DNA of 5,751 nucleotides from a virus (Duplodnaviria; Heunggongvirae; Uroviricota; Caudoviricetes): IMG/VR virus record IMGVR_UViG_2713896788_000030; one strand, 5' to 3'. Shown piece by piece: positions 1 to 5,200 of this stretch (position 1 is its first letter; each line of letters starts with the position of its first letter). The notes under the pieces were generated by a model. It saw only the letters and a program-made list of their open reading frames with translations, ran no database searches and was not told where the DNA came from. The position numbers and the translations under genes were made by a program.

Positions 1-459
1 TTTTCTTTTTTCTTTTGTAATAGTGTCTTTTGTGTCCCCCTGTTTTGAGGGATAGCAATCCCCTAATTTGAGGGATGTTTTATCCCTCGTTTTAGGGGAT
101 TTTCCCTCGTTTTGAGGGATGTCCCTCATTTTAGGGGAACCTCCCTCGTTTTGAGGGATGCACCATTCTGAGATGTTTTTATTTGGTCCAAACATGCCGC
201 CTTGCTGCTTGATAATATTCATTNNNNNNNNNNNNNNNNNNNNNNNNNNNNNNNNNNNNNNNNNNNNNNNNNNCCCATAGGTTTTACGCAGAATGGCAAG
301 CAGCACTTTAAACTGTCGCTTGGTCAGATCTGCGCCTGAATAAGCCTCAATCAGCATATTTGATAGTCTGGCGTAACCATCATCGAGATCTGCCACATTA
401 CGCTCCTGTTCGGCAAAGTTACCTCTGCCGAAGTTGAGTATTTTTGCTGTATTTGTCAT
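1..459 (-). CDS. O: Replication initiator O, N-terminal part; the gene runs off the left edge of the window and is interrupted by the N run at 224-273
   Basis: Reverse-complement translation from the ATG at 459-457 gives MTNTAKILNFGRGNFAEQERNVADLDDGYARLSNMLIEAYSGADLTKRQFKVLLAILRKTYG, which matches my recollection of the lambda O N-terminus. After the gap the frame resumes with MNIIKQQGGMFGPNKNISEWCIPQNEG and continues through the iterons. The six-frame track missed it because the N run breaks the ORF. Confidence 0.88.
   Translation of the reverse strand, partial: MTNTAKILNFGRGNFAEQERNVADLDDGYARLSNMLIEAYSGADLTKRQFKVLLAILRKTYGXXXXXXXXXXXXXXXXXMNIIKQQGGMFGPNKNISEWCIPQNEGGSPKMRDIPQNEGKSPKTRDKTSLKLGDCYPSKQGDTKDTITKEKRK
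35..159. repeat. Origin of replication (ori-lambda type): six tandem ~18-19 bp iterons (O-protein binding sites) lying inside the O coding sequence, with an A+T-rich stretch at 1-34
   Basis: Directly seen tandem copies of the dyad motif TCCCTCGTTTTGAGGGAT and variants at about 35-53, 58-76, 83-100, 103-120, 122-138 and 142-159. Each is an imperfect inverted repeat (TCCCTC ... GAGGGA). A pyrimidine-rich tract ttttcttttttcttttgtaatagtg adjoins them. Confidence 0.85.
224..273. other. Run of 50 N (assembly gap or masked bases) inside the O gene
   Basis: Fifty consecutive n characters. The flanking O residues (…ILRKTYG on one side, MNIIKQQ… on the other) suggest about 30 codons are missing, so the gap is probably a fixed-length placeholder rather than true size. 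Confidence 0.95.
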
Positions 460-469
460 AATGAATCCT

Positions 470-546
470 GTGGATTGATCCAGTAATTCCCTCAGAATTG
501 CATATCAATTTGCTTAGAGTCCCCGGCGGCCACCGGGGATTTTTTC
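470..546 (+). ncRNA. oop: oop-like antisense RNA (promoter pO plus intrinsic terminator), antisense to the 3' end of cII
   Basis: Candidate promoter TTGAGT (434-439), 17-bp spacer, CATAAT (457-462). The transcribed region contains GATCCAGTAAT…CCTCAGAA, as I recall for lambda oop. It ends in the GC hairpin CCCCGG-CGGCCA-CCGGGG (521-538) followed by a T-run (540-545). The RNA is antisense to the cII-like 3' end and the O start. Confidence 0.6.
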
Positions 547-788
547 TTTGTGATTCCATCCAATGCATACTTAAAAGCCCTGCTAATCGGACTGATGTCT
601 GATGCCATTCCGAAAGCACACAAGACCGAAGCAATAAATCTCCAGTCCGTTCTGCTTATCTTCGATTCATGACAGCCAATCATCTTTGCCAGACCGCGCT
701 GGGTAAGCGTTGACAGGTTGATGAGTAAATCAGTTTCAGCGCGATCAATTTCTCGCTGTGTTGGCTTGCTGTAGCTTGCTTGTGCCAT
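492..788 (-). CDS. cII: cII-like transcriptional activator (lysogeny establishment)
   Basis: 98-aa ORF immediately upstream of O and downstream of cro on the same strand. The C-terminus …KKKSPVAAGDSKQIDMQF resembles the lambda cII C-terminus (…SEQIQMEF as I recall). Size and position are syntenic with cII, and the oop terminator overlaps its 3' end as in lambda. Confidence 0.75.
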   Translation of the reverse strand: MAQASYSKPTQREIDRAETDLLINLSTLTQRGLAKMIGCHESKISRTDWRFIASVLCAFGMASDISPISRAFKYALDGITKKKSPVAAGDSKQIDMQF

Positions 789-856
789 TTGTTAATTTTC
801 CTATATTGATATTGAGTTATAGCGGCACACCCAATGGATTTGCCGCTGATGTTTGC

Positions 857-894
857 TCACCCGGTTAGAGGTGAAAGGCCATGATGAAAGAGCG
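857..894 (-). promoter_or_regulatory. nutR candidate: boxA-like element plus boxB hairpin on the minus-strand transcript, between cro and cII
   Basis: Minus-strand RNA reads CGCUCUUUCAU (boxA-like, plus coordinates 884-894), a 9-nt spacer, then the hairpin UCACCU-CUAACC-GGGUGA (857-874). The 6-nt loop CUAACC and the 9-nt boxA-boxB spacing are identical to the nutL candidate. Confidence 0.6.
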
Positions 895-902
895 GGTACT
901 GC

Positions 903-1121
903 TTAGGCGGCTTTGTTACTGGATGGAGGGAAAACATCATCCAAAGAACATTGGCACCCTAACTTCCTGAGGCCTTCTACGATCATTCGGCAATCGTTAA
1001 GGCCAGGAGTACGGATATTCAGCTCATAGTTGGCGATGCGGGATTGCCCCCAACCAATTGCCGAAGCTAGTACAGCTTGCGAAACTCCGATTTTTTTTCG
1101 CTGCTGGGCAATTTTGTTCAT
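903..1121 (-). CDS. cro: Cro-like HTH (XRE-family) repressor; start chosen at the internal Met of the 85-aa track ORF
   Basis: MNKIAQQRKKIGVSQAVLASAIGWGQSRIANYEL… contains a helix-turn-helix motif. The ATG at 1121-1119 is preceded by AGGGAG at good spacing, whereas the longer start at 1160 lies inside the operator region with no SD. It is divergent from cI across an operator-rich spacer, and the C-terminus …SSNKAA is of the 434/lambda Cro type. Confidence 0.8.
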   Translation of the reverse strand: MNKIAQQRKKIGVSQAVLASAIGWGQSRIANYELNIRTPGLNDCRMIVEGLRKLGCQCSLDDVFPPSSNKAA

Positions 1122-1229
1122 TGCGGTCTCCCTAGCATTAATCACACACCCATTACACACAATTTGTGATTAACAGTCAACCTCAATTCGTGTACAGAGT
1201 TCAATCACGTTGCGTGTTACATTTAAGGG
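1122..1229. promoter_or_regulatory. OR switch region: divergent PR (minus strand, cro) and PRM (plus strand, cI) with repressor operators
   Basis: Inverted arms TTAATCACA (1138-1146) and TGTGATTAA (1165-1173), plus a third AATCACG element at about 1203-1209. On the minus strand TTGACT (1180-1175), a 17-bp spacer and TGTAAT (1157-1152) form a near-consensus sigma70 promoter aimed at cro, with an operator arm in the spacer. The cI ATG sits at the very end of the spacer, compatible with a short or leaderless PRM transcript. Confidence 0.7.
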
Positions 1230-1877
1230 ATGAAAACGATGCATGAAATTATCGGGGAAAGGATCAAGTCCCTTAGAGAAGCTAAAGGACTTAGCCAGGC
1301 TCAATTGGCCAAGCTTTGCGGCTGGGCTGCGCCTTCACGCCTGGGGAACTACGAGTTAGGAACAAGAAAGGTTAGCGCGGATGACGCGCTGGTTCTTGGG
1401 GCGGCACTCGGCGTATCTCCGGCAAAAATAATGTTTGGCGAGGATTCAGACGCCGTATTTCGCCAATATGAATACCCGTTATTTTCTTCAGTGCAGGCCG
1501 GGCCATTTTCGGAGGTGGGAAGCTACACAGCCAGCGATGCAAAGGCATGGGTCCCAACGACCACAAAAGCCAGCGAAAAAGCTTTCTGGCTTGAGGTGAA
1601 GGGGCATTCAATGACGGCGCCTCAGGGGGTTCGTCCAAGTTTTCCGGAAGGCATGCTGATACTCGTTGATCCGGCTGAGCCGGTAGAGTCTGGGGATTTC
1701 TGCGTGGCTTCTGCAAATGGTGATTCAGAGGCAACGTTCAAGAAGTATGAGAAGGATGCAGGGGTTAGTTACCTGGTACCTTTAAACCCGGCATATAGAA
1801 CCCTGGATTGCGACCATAGCTGCCGCATCATAGGCAAGGTAGTTAAGGCGCAGTGGCCTGAAGAGACGTTTGGCTGA
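1230..1877 (+). CDS. cI: cI-type prophage repressor: N-terminal HTH domain plus C-terminal LexA-like S24 autopeptidase domain
   Basis: 215-aa ORF with [27 protein letters not shown], an Ala-Gly cleavage site in [11 protein letters not shown], the catalytic Ser in KGHSMTAP and Lys in ATFKKYE. An alternative start at 1239 (MHEII…) has better spacing from AAGGGA. Confidence 0.9.
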   Translation: MKTMHEIIGERIKSLREAKGLSQAQLAKLCGWAAPSRLGNYELGTRKVSADDALVLGAALGVSPAKIMFGEDSDAVFRQYEYPLFSSVQAGPFSEVGSYTASDAKAWVPTTTKASEKAFWLEVKGHSMTAPQGVRPSFPEGMLILVDPAEPVESGDFCVASANGDSEATFKKYEKDAGVSYLVPLNPAYRTLDCDHSCRIIGKVVKAQWPEETFG

Positions 1878-1999
1878 TCGGCAAGGTGTTCTGGTCGGCG
1901 CATAGCTGGTAATCCAACTTTTCCCTGTTCTTTTTATGCAAATTAATCTAATGAAATTGAAAAGATTTTTACCTATTTTGTTGGTTCAGGAGAACATAA

Positions 2000-2281
2000 A
2001 TGAGCGATAAACAAGAAGTTTCCTTAGCACATATCAATGATGTGCTGGAGTCCAAAAATTATATTGAAACTAATGCTGATGGGGTTGTAACCATCGGAAC
2101 GGATAACAATGGCTACGAAGTTTTTAACTTCGTTTTTCTCAATAGCACCCCTGTCATCGGCCATATGAATGGCGAAATCGCAGTGGCAGGAATGCAGCGC
2201 ACTAAGGTTGCGTCCGTGACTTTAAGTAAACAGAAGGCCTTCGATTTCTATCAGTCCTTGAAAAGCATGTTCGAGGAATAA
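2000..2281 (+). CDS. Hypothetical small soluble protein (93 aa), first gene of a two-gene module in the rexA/rexB position
   Basis: Clean ORF with SD AGGAGA 7 nt upstream of the ATG. It is on the same strand as and downstream of cI, and by eye more A+T-rich than cI. No TM segment. I recognise no family. Confidence 0.7.
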   Translation: MSDKQEVSLAHINDVLESKNYIETNADGVVTIGTDNNGYEVFNFVFLNSTPVIGHMNGEIAVAGMQRTKVASVTLSKQKAFDFYQSLKSMFEE

Positions 2282-2287
2282 AAGCTG

Positions 2288-2839
2288 ATGAATGCAGCTC
2301 AATCATCTTTGGATGAGGGAAAGCTAGTAATTGCTTACTCTGATAAGAATGGCTCTACAGTAGGGCTGGAATTTTCTTCTGTAGCATCAAGCCAAGCAAC
2401 GCTCTTGATGAAAGCTTGTTCTGTTGCTGCTTCAGATAAAGAAAAACGGATTGTCACATCGGTTGTGATGGATGATACTGAGATCATTCAAACAACAAGT
2501 GATGATGGAGGCGACGACATGGATAAGCGATTAGCAGTTCTTGAAGCTGAAGTTGCGCACATCAAGAGCAGCATGGCAGGAATTAAAGAGGATACCCGGA
2601 AAATATCTTCTGATTCTACTGACGCCAAAAGAGACACCGCTGTACTTTTACAGAAGAGCCTGGATTTTGATGCTTCATTATCTAAGAAACCATCGGTTGA
2701 CTACTTTGAAGCTAAATTTTCCGCTTTGGAAACCAAGATAGCAGATGTAAAAGTATGGATGCTCGGGGTTCTCTTGGCCTCGCTTGCTATGCCAACTATA
2801 TTTTTCCTAATAAACTTGTACCTTAAGAAAGGTCAGTAA
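2288..2839 (+). CDS. Hypothetical tail-anchored membrane protein (183 aa): N-terminal domain, acidic linker, predicted coiled coil, C-terminal transmembrane helix
   Basis: Starts 6 nt after the upstream stop, suggesting translational coupling. Acidic linker SDDGGDDMD, then heptad-like DKRLAVLEAEVAHIKSSMAGIKE…FEAKFSALETKIADVK, then the hydrophobic VWMLGVLLASLAMPTIFFLINLYL followed by KKGQ. An intrinsic terminator follows directly. Confidence 0.75.
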   Translation: MNAAQSSLDEGKLVIAYSDKNGSTVGLEFSSVASSQATLLMKACSVAASDKEKRIVTSVVMDDTEIIQTTSDDGGDDMDKRLAVLEAEVAHIKSSMAGIKEDTRKISSDSTDAKRDTAVLLQKSLDFDASLSKKPSVDYFEAKFSALETKIADVKVWMLGVLLASLAMPTIFFLINLYLKKGQ

Positions 2840-2847
2840 TTTAGCAA

Positions 2848-2873
2848 ATCCGGCCACCGAGCCGGGTTTTTTA
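2848..2873 (+). terminator. Rho-independent terminator ending the cI / two-gene operon
   Basis: Hairpin CCGGC-CACCGA-GCCGG (2850-2865) followed by TTTTTT (2867-2872), 10 nt after the stop of the 183-aa ORF. Confidence 0.7.
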
Positions 2874-3059
2874 TTGCCCGCCGATCACTATCAGGACAGC
2901 ACCTGCCCGCCGGTCCAAACTATTGATTAAATTACTATAATTCTTAATACAACTCCCATATCCCGCCATCTCGCCACCACCCCATTCGCTCGTTTTTCGA
3001 ACTTTTCAGCACCCATCCTGCTGTTGCCACCGACTTAAGTAAGCAAAACCATCGCGGGT

Positions 3060-3160
3060 AAAACTATTTACACAAAAAAATCATACACATAACGTGTCAC
3101 ACCTTTATTTTACACATTTTGTGATTGACCATTAAATCACAATATGTGACTATCATTTCC
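3060..3160 (+). promoter_or_regulatory. OL/PL region: leftward-operon promoter with repressor operators
   Basis: TTGACC (3125-3130), 17-bp spacer, GACTAT (3148-3153). The 13-bp palindrome TCACAATATGTGA (3137-3149) lies in the spacer, and a further TTTGTGATTGA element at 3117-3128 shares the TGTGATT half-site seen in OR. The region is A+T-rich and sits upstream of nutL and N. Confidence 0.65.
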
Positions 3161-3201
3161 ATCAGCAGGACGCTGAGACGCCACAAGGAACAGATTGGCA
3201 G

Positions 3202-3241
3202 GCTCTTTAACATCGACGAACTCTCAACCTAACCGTTGAGA
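3202..3241 (+). promoter_or_regulatory. nutL: boxA plus boxB hairpin
   Basis: GCTCTTTAACA (3202-3212) matches the boxA consensus CGCTCTTTAACA in all but the first base. After a 9-nt spacer comes the hairpin TCTCAAC-CTAACC-GTTGAGA (3222-3241), a 7-bp stem with a 6-nt loop. Confidence 0.7.
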
Positions 3242-3351
3242 CCAGAACTTGAGTGGTTTTGGGGATGGCGCGAATTGCAGCTGCAAGACAGCGATCGAGA
3301 AGATAAACACCTCGACGCGTCATGCGCCAAAGCCACTTAAAGGAGACCATC

Positions 3352-3624
3352 ATGGTAACCATTGTCTGGAAAGAATCCAAAGGTACGGCAAAAAGCCGCT
3401 ACAAAGCTCGCAGAGCAGAACTTATTGCCGAGCGACGCAGTAATGAAGCACTGGCGCGAAAAATTGCGCTAAAGCTCTCTGGTTGCGTCAGAGCAGACAA
3501 AGCAGCATCACTCGGAAGCCTTCGCTGCAAGAAGGCAGATGAATGCAGTGGAAGTATTTGCCTGCCAAACGTAGCCATTTACGCGGCAGGCTACCGGAAA
3601 TCAAAACAACTGACGGCGAGATGA
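3352..3624 (+). CDS. N: N-type transcription antitermination protein with an arginine-rich motif; start chosen at the internal Met of the 100-aa track ORF
   Basis: MVTIVWKESKGTAKSRYKARRAELIAERR… The motif GTAKSRYKARRAELIAERR matches what I recall of the phage 21 N boxB-binding peptide. SD AGGAG at 3341-3345, 6 nt before the ATG at 3352. Located downstream of PL and nutL. Confidence 0.85.
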   Translation: MVTIVWKESKGTAKSRYKARRAELIAERRSNEALARKIALKLSGCVRADKAASLGSLRCKKADECSGSICLPNVAIYAAGYRKSKQLTAR

Positions 3625-3640
3625 TAAATTAATTTGCTAA

Positions 3641-4222
3641 TTACTTGTTTTTGCCATGCTTATCCTGAGCGATAAGTTCATCCATAAGACTGTCTTTCTT
3701 CCCAGCAAACCTAATGTAGCACTCATTTCTATAGCGTTCCGGGATAACAAAACGGTCGATTTCAGGATATCCAGTAGCAGAAGGTACCCGAATAAGAAGC
3801 CCTTTTTCGAGCAATGAGATTGCTTCAGGGCTTCCCTTTTCTGTCTTTAGCTGGTTATTAGCGGCTACAGCGAATGCCAAATACGCTCTTTCTCCAAGAG
3901 TTAACGAATCAAACAAATCTTGCACGTATTTCTCTTCTTTAGATTTGCGCTTCTGAGCAGCGAATATCTCAATTCTTTCAGTCACAGCGTGATAAGCGGA
4001 ATTAACAACGCCGTTAAGCACATAGCTAACGCAAAACAACAGGATGTAATACATCCAGTAATGAGGAAGGATTTCTGGATTATGCAGGTTTATCCATTCT
4101 TTTACGCTTACAGGCATAACAATAATCAATATAATCAGGATGATTAGCATATGAATCAACTGTTTAAGTGTCATTCCTTGCAGGAAAAAATGCATTAGTT
4201 CCTGCCACCATGAGTTGTTCAT
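3641..4222 (-). CDS. sieB: SieB-like superinfection exclusion membrane protein (193 aa); assignment by position and architecture
   Basis: Convergent with N (stops 16 bp apart), as I recall for sieB in lambda and P22. Two strongly hydrophobic N-terminal segments (LIHMLIILIILIIVMPVSV and YWMYYILLFCVSYVL) precede a charged C-terminal domain. A+T-rich. Confidence 0.6.
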   Translation of the reverse strand: MNNSWWQELMHFFLQGMTLKQLIHMLIILIILIIVMPVSVKEWINLHNPEILPHYWMYYILLFCVSYVLNGVVNSAYHAVTERIEIFAAQKRKSKEEKYVQDLFDSLTLGERAYLAFAVAANNQLKTEKGSPEAISLLEKGLLIRVPSATGYPEIDRFVIPERYRNECYIRFAGKKDSLMDELIAQDKHGKNK

Positions 4223-4436
4223 CGGCGTTTCTCTTTTGCTCTCTGTAGGGGTGAATAGAGTTTATCCGATTTCTCGCTGTAGGGGTACACGAGAACCACC
4301 GAGCCTGATGTGGTTAAAAGACAGGCATACTAATAAACACTGCACTGTGTATTCATTCCAACGAGTGAATACACTGAGCAATGTCGCTCGTAACTAAACA
4401 GGAGCCGACTTGTTCTGATTATTGGAAATCTTCTTT

Positions 4437-4462
4437 GCCCTCCAATGTGAGGGCGATTTTTT
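4437..4462 (+). terminator. Intrinsic terminator (tL-type) in the PL operon upstream of ea10
   Basis: Hairpin GCCCTC-CAATGT-GAGGGC (4437-4454) followed by GATTTTTT (4455-4462). Confidence 0.6.
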
Positions 4463-4482
4463 ATCTGTGAGGATATGAACAG

Positions 4483-4851
4483 ATGTCAAACATCAAAAAA
4501 TACATCATTGATTACGACTGGAAAGCATCAATAGAAATTGAAATCGACCATGACGTAATGACAGAGGAAAAACTTCACCAGATTAATAATTTCTGGTCAG
4601 ACTCTGAATACCGACTCAATAAACACGGCTCTGTATTAAATGCTGTATTAATCATGCTGGCGCAACATGCTCTGCTTATAGCAATTTCAAGCGACTTAAA
4701 TGCATATGGTGTTGTGTGTGAGTTCGACTGGAATGATGGAAATGGTCAGGAAGGATGGCCTTCAATGGATGGTAGCGAAGGAATAAGAATTACCGATATC
4801 GATACATCAGGAATATTTGATTCAGATGATATGACTATCAAAGCCGCCTGA
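4483..4851 (+). CDS. ea10: Ea10-like early protein (122 aa)
   Basis: 122-aa ORF with SD GAGGA 9 nt upstream, in the position and of the length of lambda ea10, immediately upstream of cIII/kil/gam. I do not recall the lambda Ea10 sequence, so identity is by synteny and size. Confidence 0.75.
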   Translation: MSNIKKYIIDYDWKASIEIEIDHDVMTEEKLHQINNFWSDSEYRLNKHGSVLNAVLIMLAQHALLIAISSDLNAYGVVCEFDWNDGNGQEGWPSMDGSEGIRITDIDTSGIFDSDDMTIKAA

Positions 4852-4876
4852 GCGCGGCGTTACCGCATACCAATAA

Positions 4877-4897
4877 CGCTTCACTCGAGGCGTTTTT
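4877..4897 (+). terminator. Terminator-like hairpin in the cIII leader
   Basis: CGCTTC-ACTC-GAGGCG (one G-U pair) followed by TTTTT (4893-4897), 26 nt upstream of the cIII start. It could be a partial terminator or a regulatory leader structure. Confidence 0.45.
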
Positions 4898-4923
4898 CGT
4901 TATGTATAAATAAGGAGCACACC

Positions 4924-5088
4924 ATGCAATATGCCATTGCAGGGTGGCCTGTTGCTGGCTGCCCTTCCGAATCTTTACTTGAACGAATCACCCGTAAATT
5001 ACGTGACGGATGGAAACGCCTTATCGACATACTTAATCAGCCAGGAGTCCCAAAAAATGGATCAAACACTTATGGCTATCCAGACTAA
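4924..5088 (+). CDS. cIII: cIII (54 aa), inhibitor of FtsH that stabilises cII
   Basis: Translation [54 protein letters not shown] matches my recollection of lambda cIII. SD AAGGAG 6 nt upstream. Below the length cutoff of the supplied ORF track. Confidence 0.9.
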   Translation: MQYAIAGWPVAGCPSESLLERITRKLRDGWKRLIDILNQPGVPKNGSNTYGYPD

Positions 5089-5200
5089 ATTCACTATCGC
5101 CACTTTTATTGGCGATGAAAAGATGTTTCGTGAGGCCGTCGACGCTTATAAAAAATGGATATTAATACTGAAACTGAGATCAAGCAAAAGCATTCACTAA
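5057..5200 (+). CDS. kil: Kil (47 aa), host cell-division inhibitor
   Basis: [47 protein letters not shown] is the 3' portion of the 89-aa track ORF. SD AGGAG 8 nt upstream of the ATG at 5057. It overlaps the cIII 3' end and the gam 5' end, as in lambda. Confidence 0.85.
   Translation: MDQTLMAIQTKFTIATFIGDEKMFREAVDAYKKWILILKLRSSKSIH

Noticed and set aside
35-159. Tandem repeats considered as a possible CRISPR array
   Set aside because: The repeats are dyad-symmetric, directly abutting or separated by only a few bases with no unique spacers, and lie inside the O coding sequence. This is the classic ori iteron arrangement.
419-634. 71-aa minus-strand ORF from the supplied track
   Set aside because: It overlaps the O start codon region and the cII-like 3' end in a different frame, and it spans the oop promoter and terminator. 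It has no SD and no recognisable domain, and is best explained as a chance ORF.
903-1160. Longer 85-aa start for the cro-like gene (MCNGCVINARETA…)
   Set aside because: The extra 13 codons lie inside the operator and promoter sequence with no SD. The internal ATG at 1121 has a strong AGGGAG SD and gives a typical Cro-sized HTH protein.
1372-1734. 120-aa minus-strand ORF inside cI
   Set aside because: It is antisense to a well-supported cI gene, has proline and arginine-rich low-complexity composition, and is a typical shadow ORF of a GC-richer gene.
2541-2741. 66-aa plus-strand ORF in an alternative frame inside the 183-aa gene
   Set aside because: It is wholly nested in another frame of a better-supported ORF and has no SD.
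521-2866. Sequence similarity between the oop terminator hairpin and the terminator after the 183-aa gene (shared GGCCACCG core)
   Set aside because: Short GC-rich hairpins often share cores by chance. With only about 8 identical bases I cannot distinguish duplication from coincidence.
3249-3443. 64-aa ORF and the longer 100-aa N start at 3322
   Set aside because: The upstream extension covers the nutL-proximal leader and has no SD, whereas the ATG at 3352 has AGGAG at ideal spacing. The 64-aa ORF is in another frame across the N start.
3920-4147. 75-aa plus-strand ORF antisense to the sieB-like gene
   Set aside because: It is a shadow ORF within the A+T-rich membrane-protein gene and has no SD.
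4215-4397. 60-aa plus-strand ORF in the sieB-ea10 spacer (possible ral replacement)
   Set aside because: It overlaps the sieB-like start codon, has no SD, is Arg/Ser/Thr-rich low complexity, and does not resemble Ral as I recall it. It is more likely non-coding regulatory sequence.
4931-5056. 5' extension of the 89-aa track ORF upstream of kil
   Set aside because: Only the 3' 47 codons correspond to Kil, which has its own SD. The upstream part is the cIII gene read in another frame.
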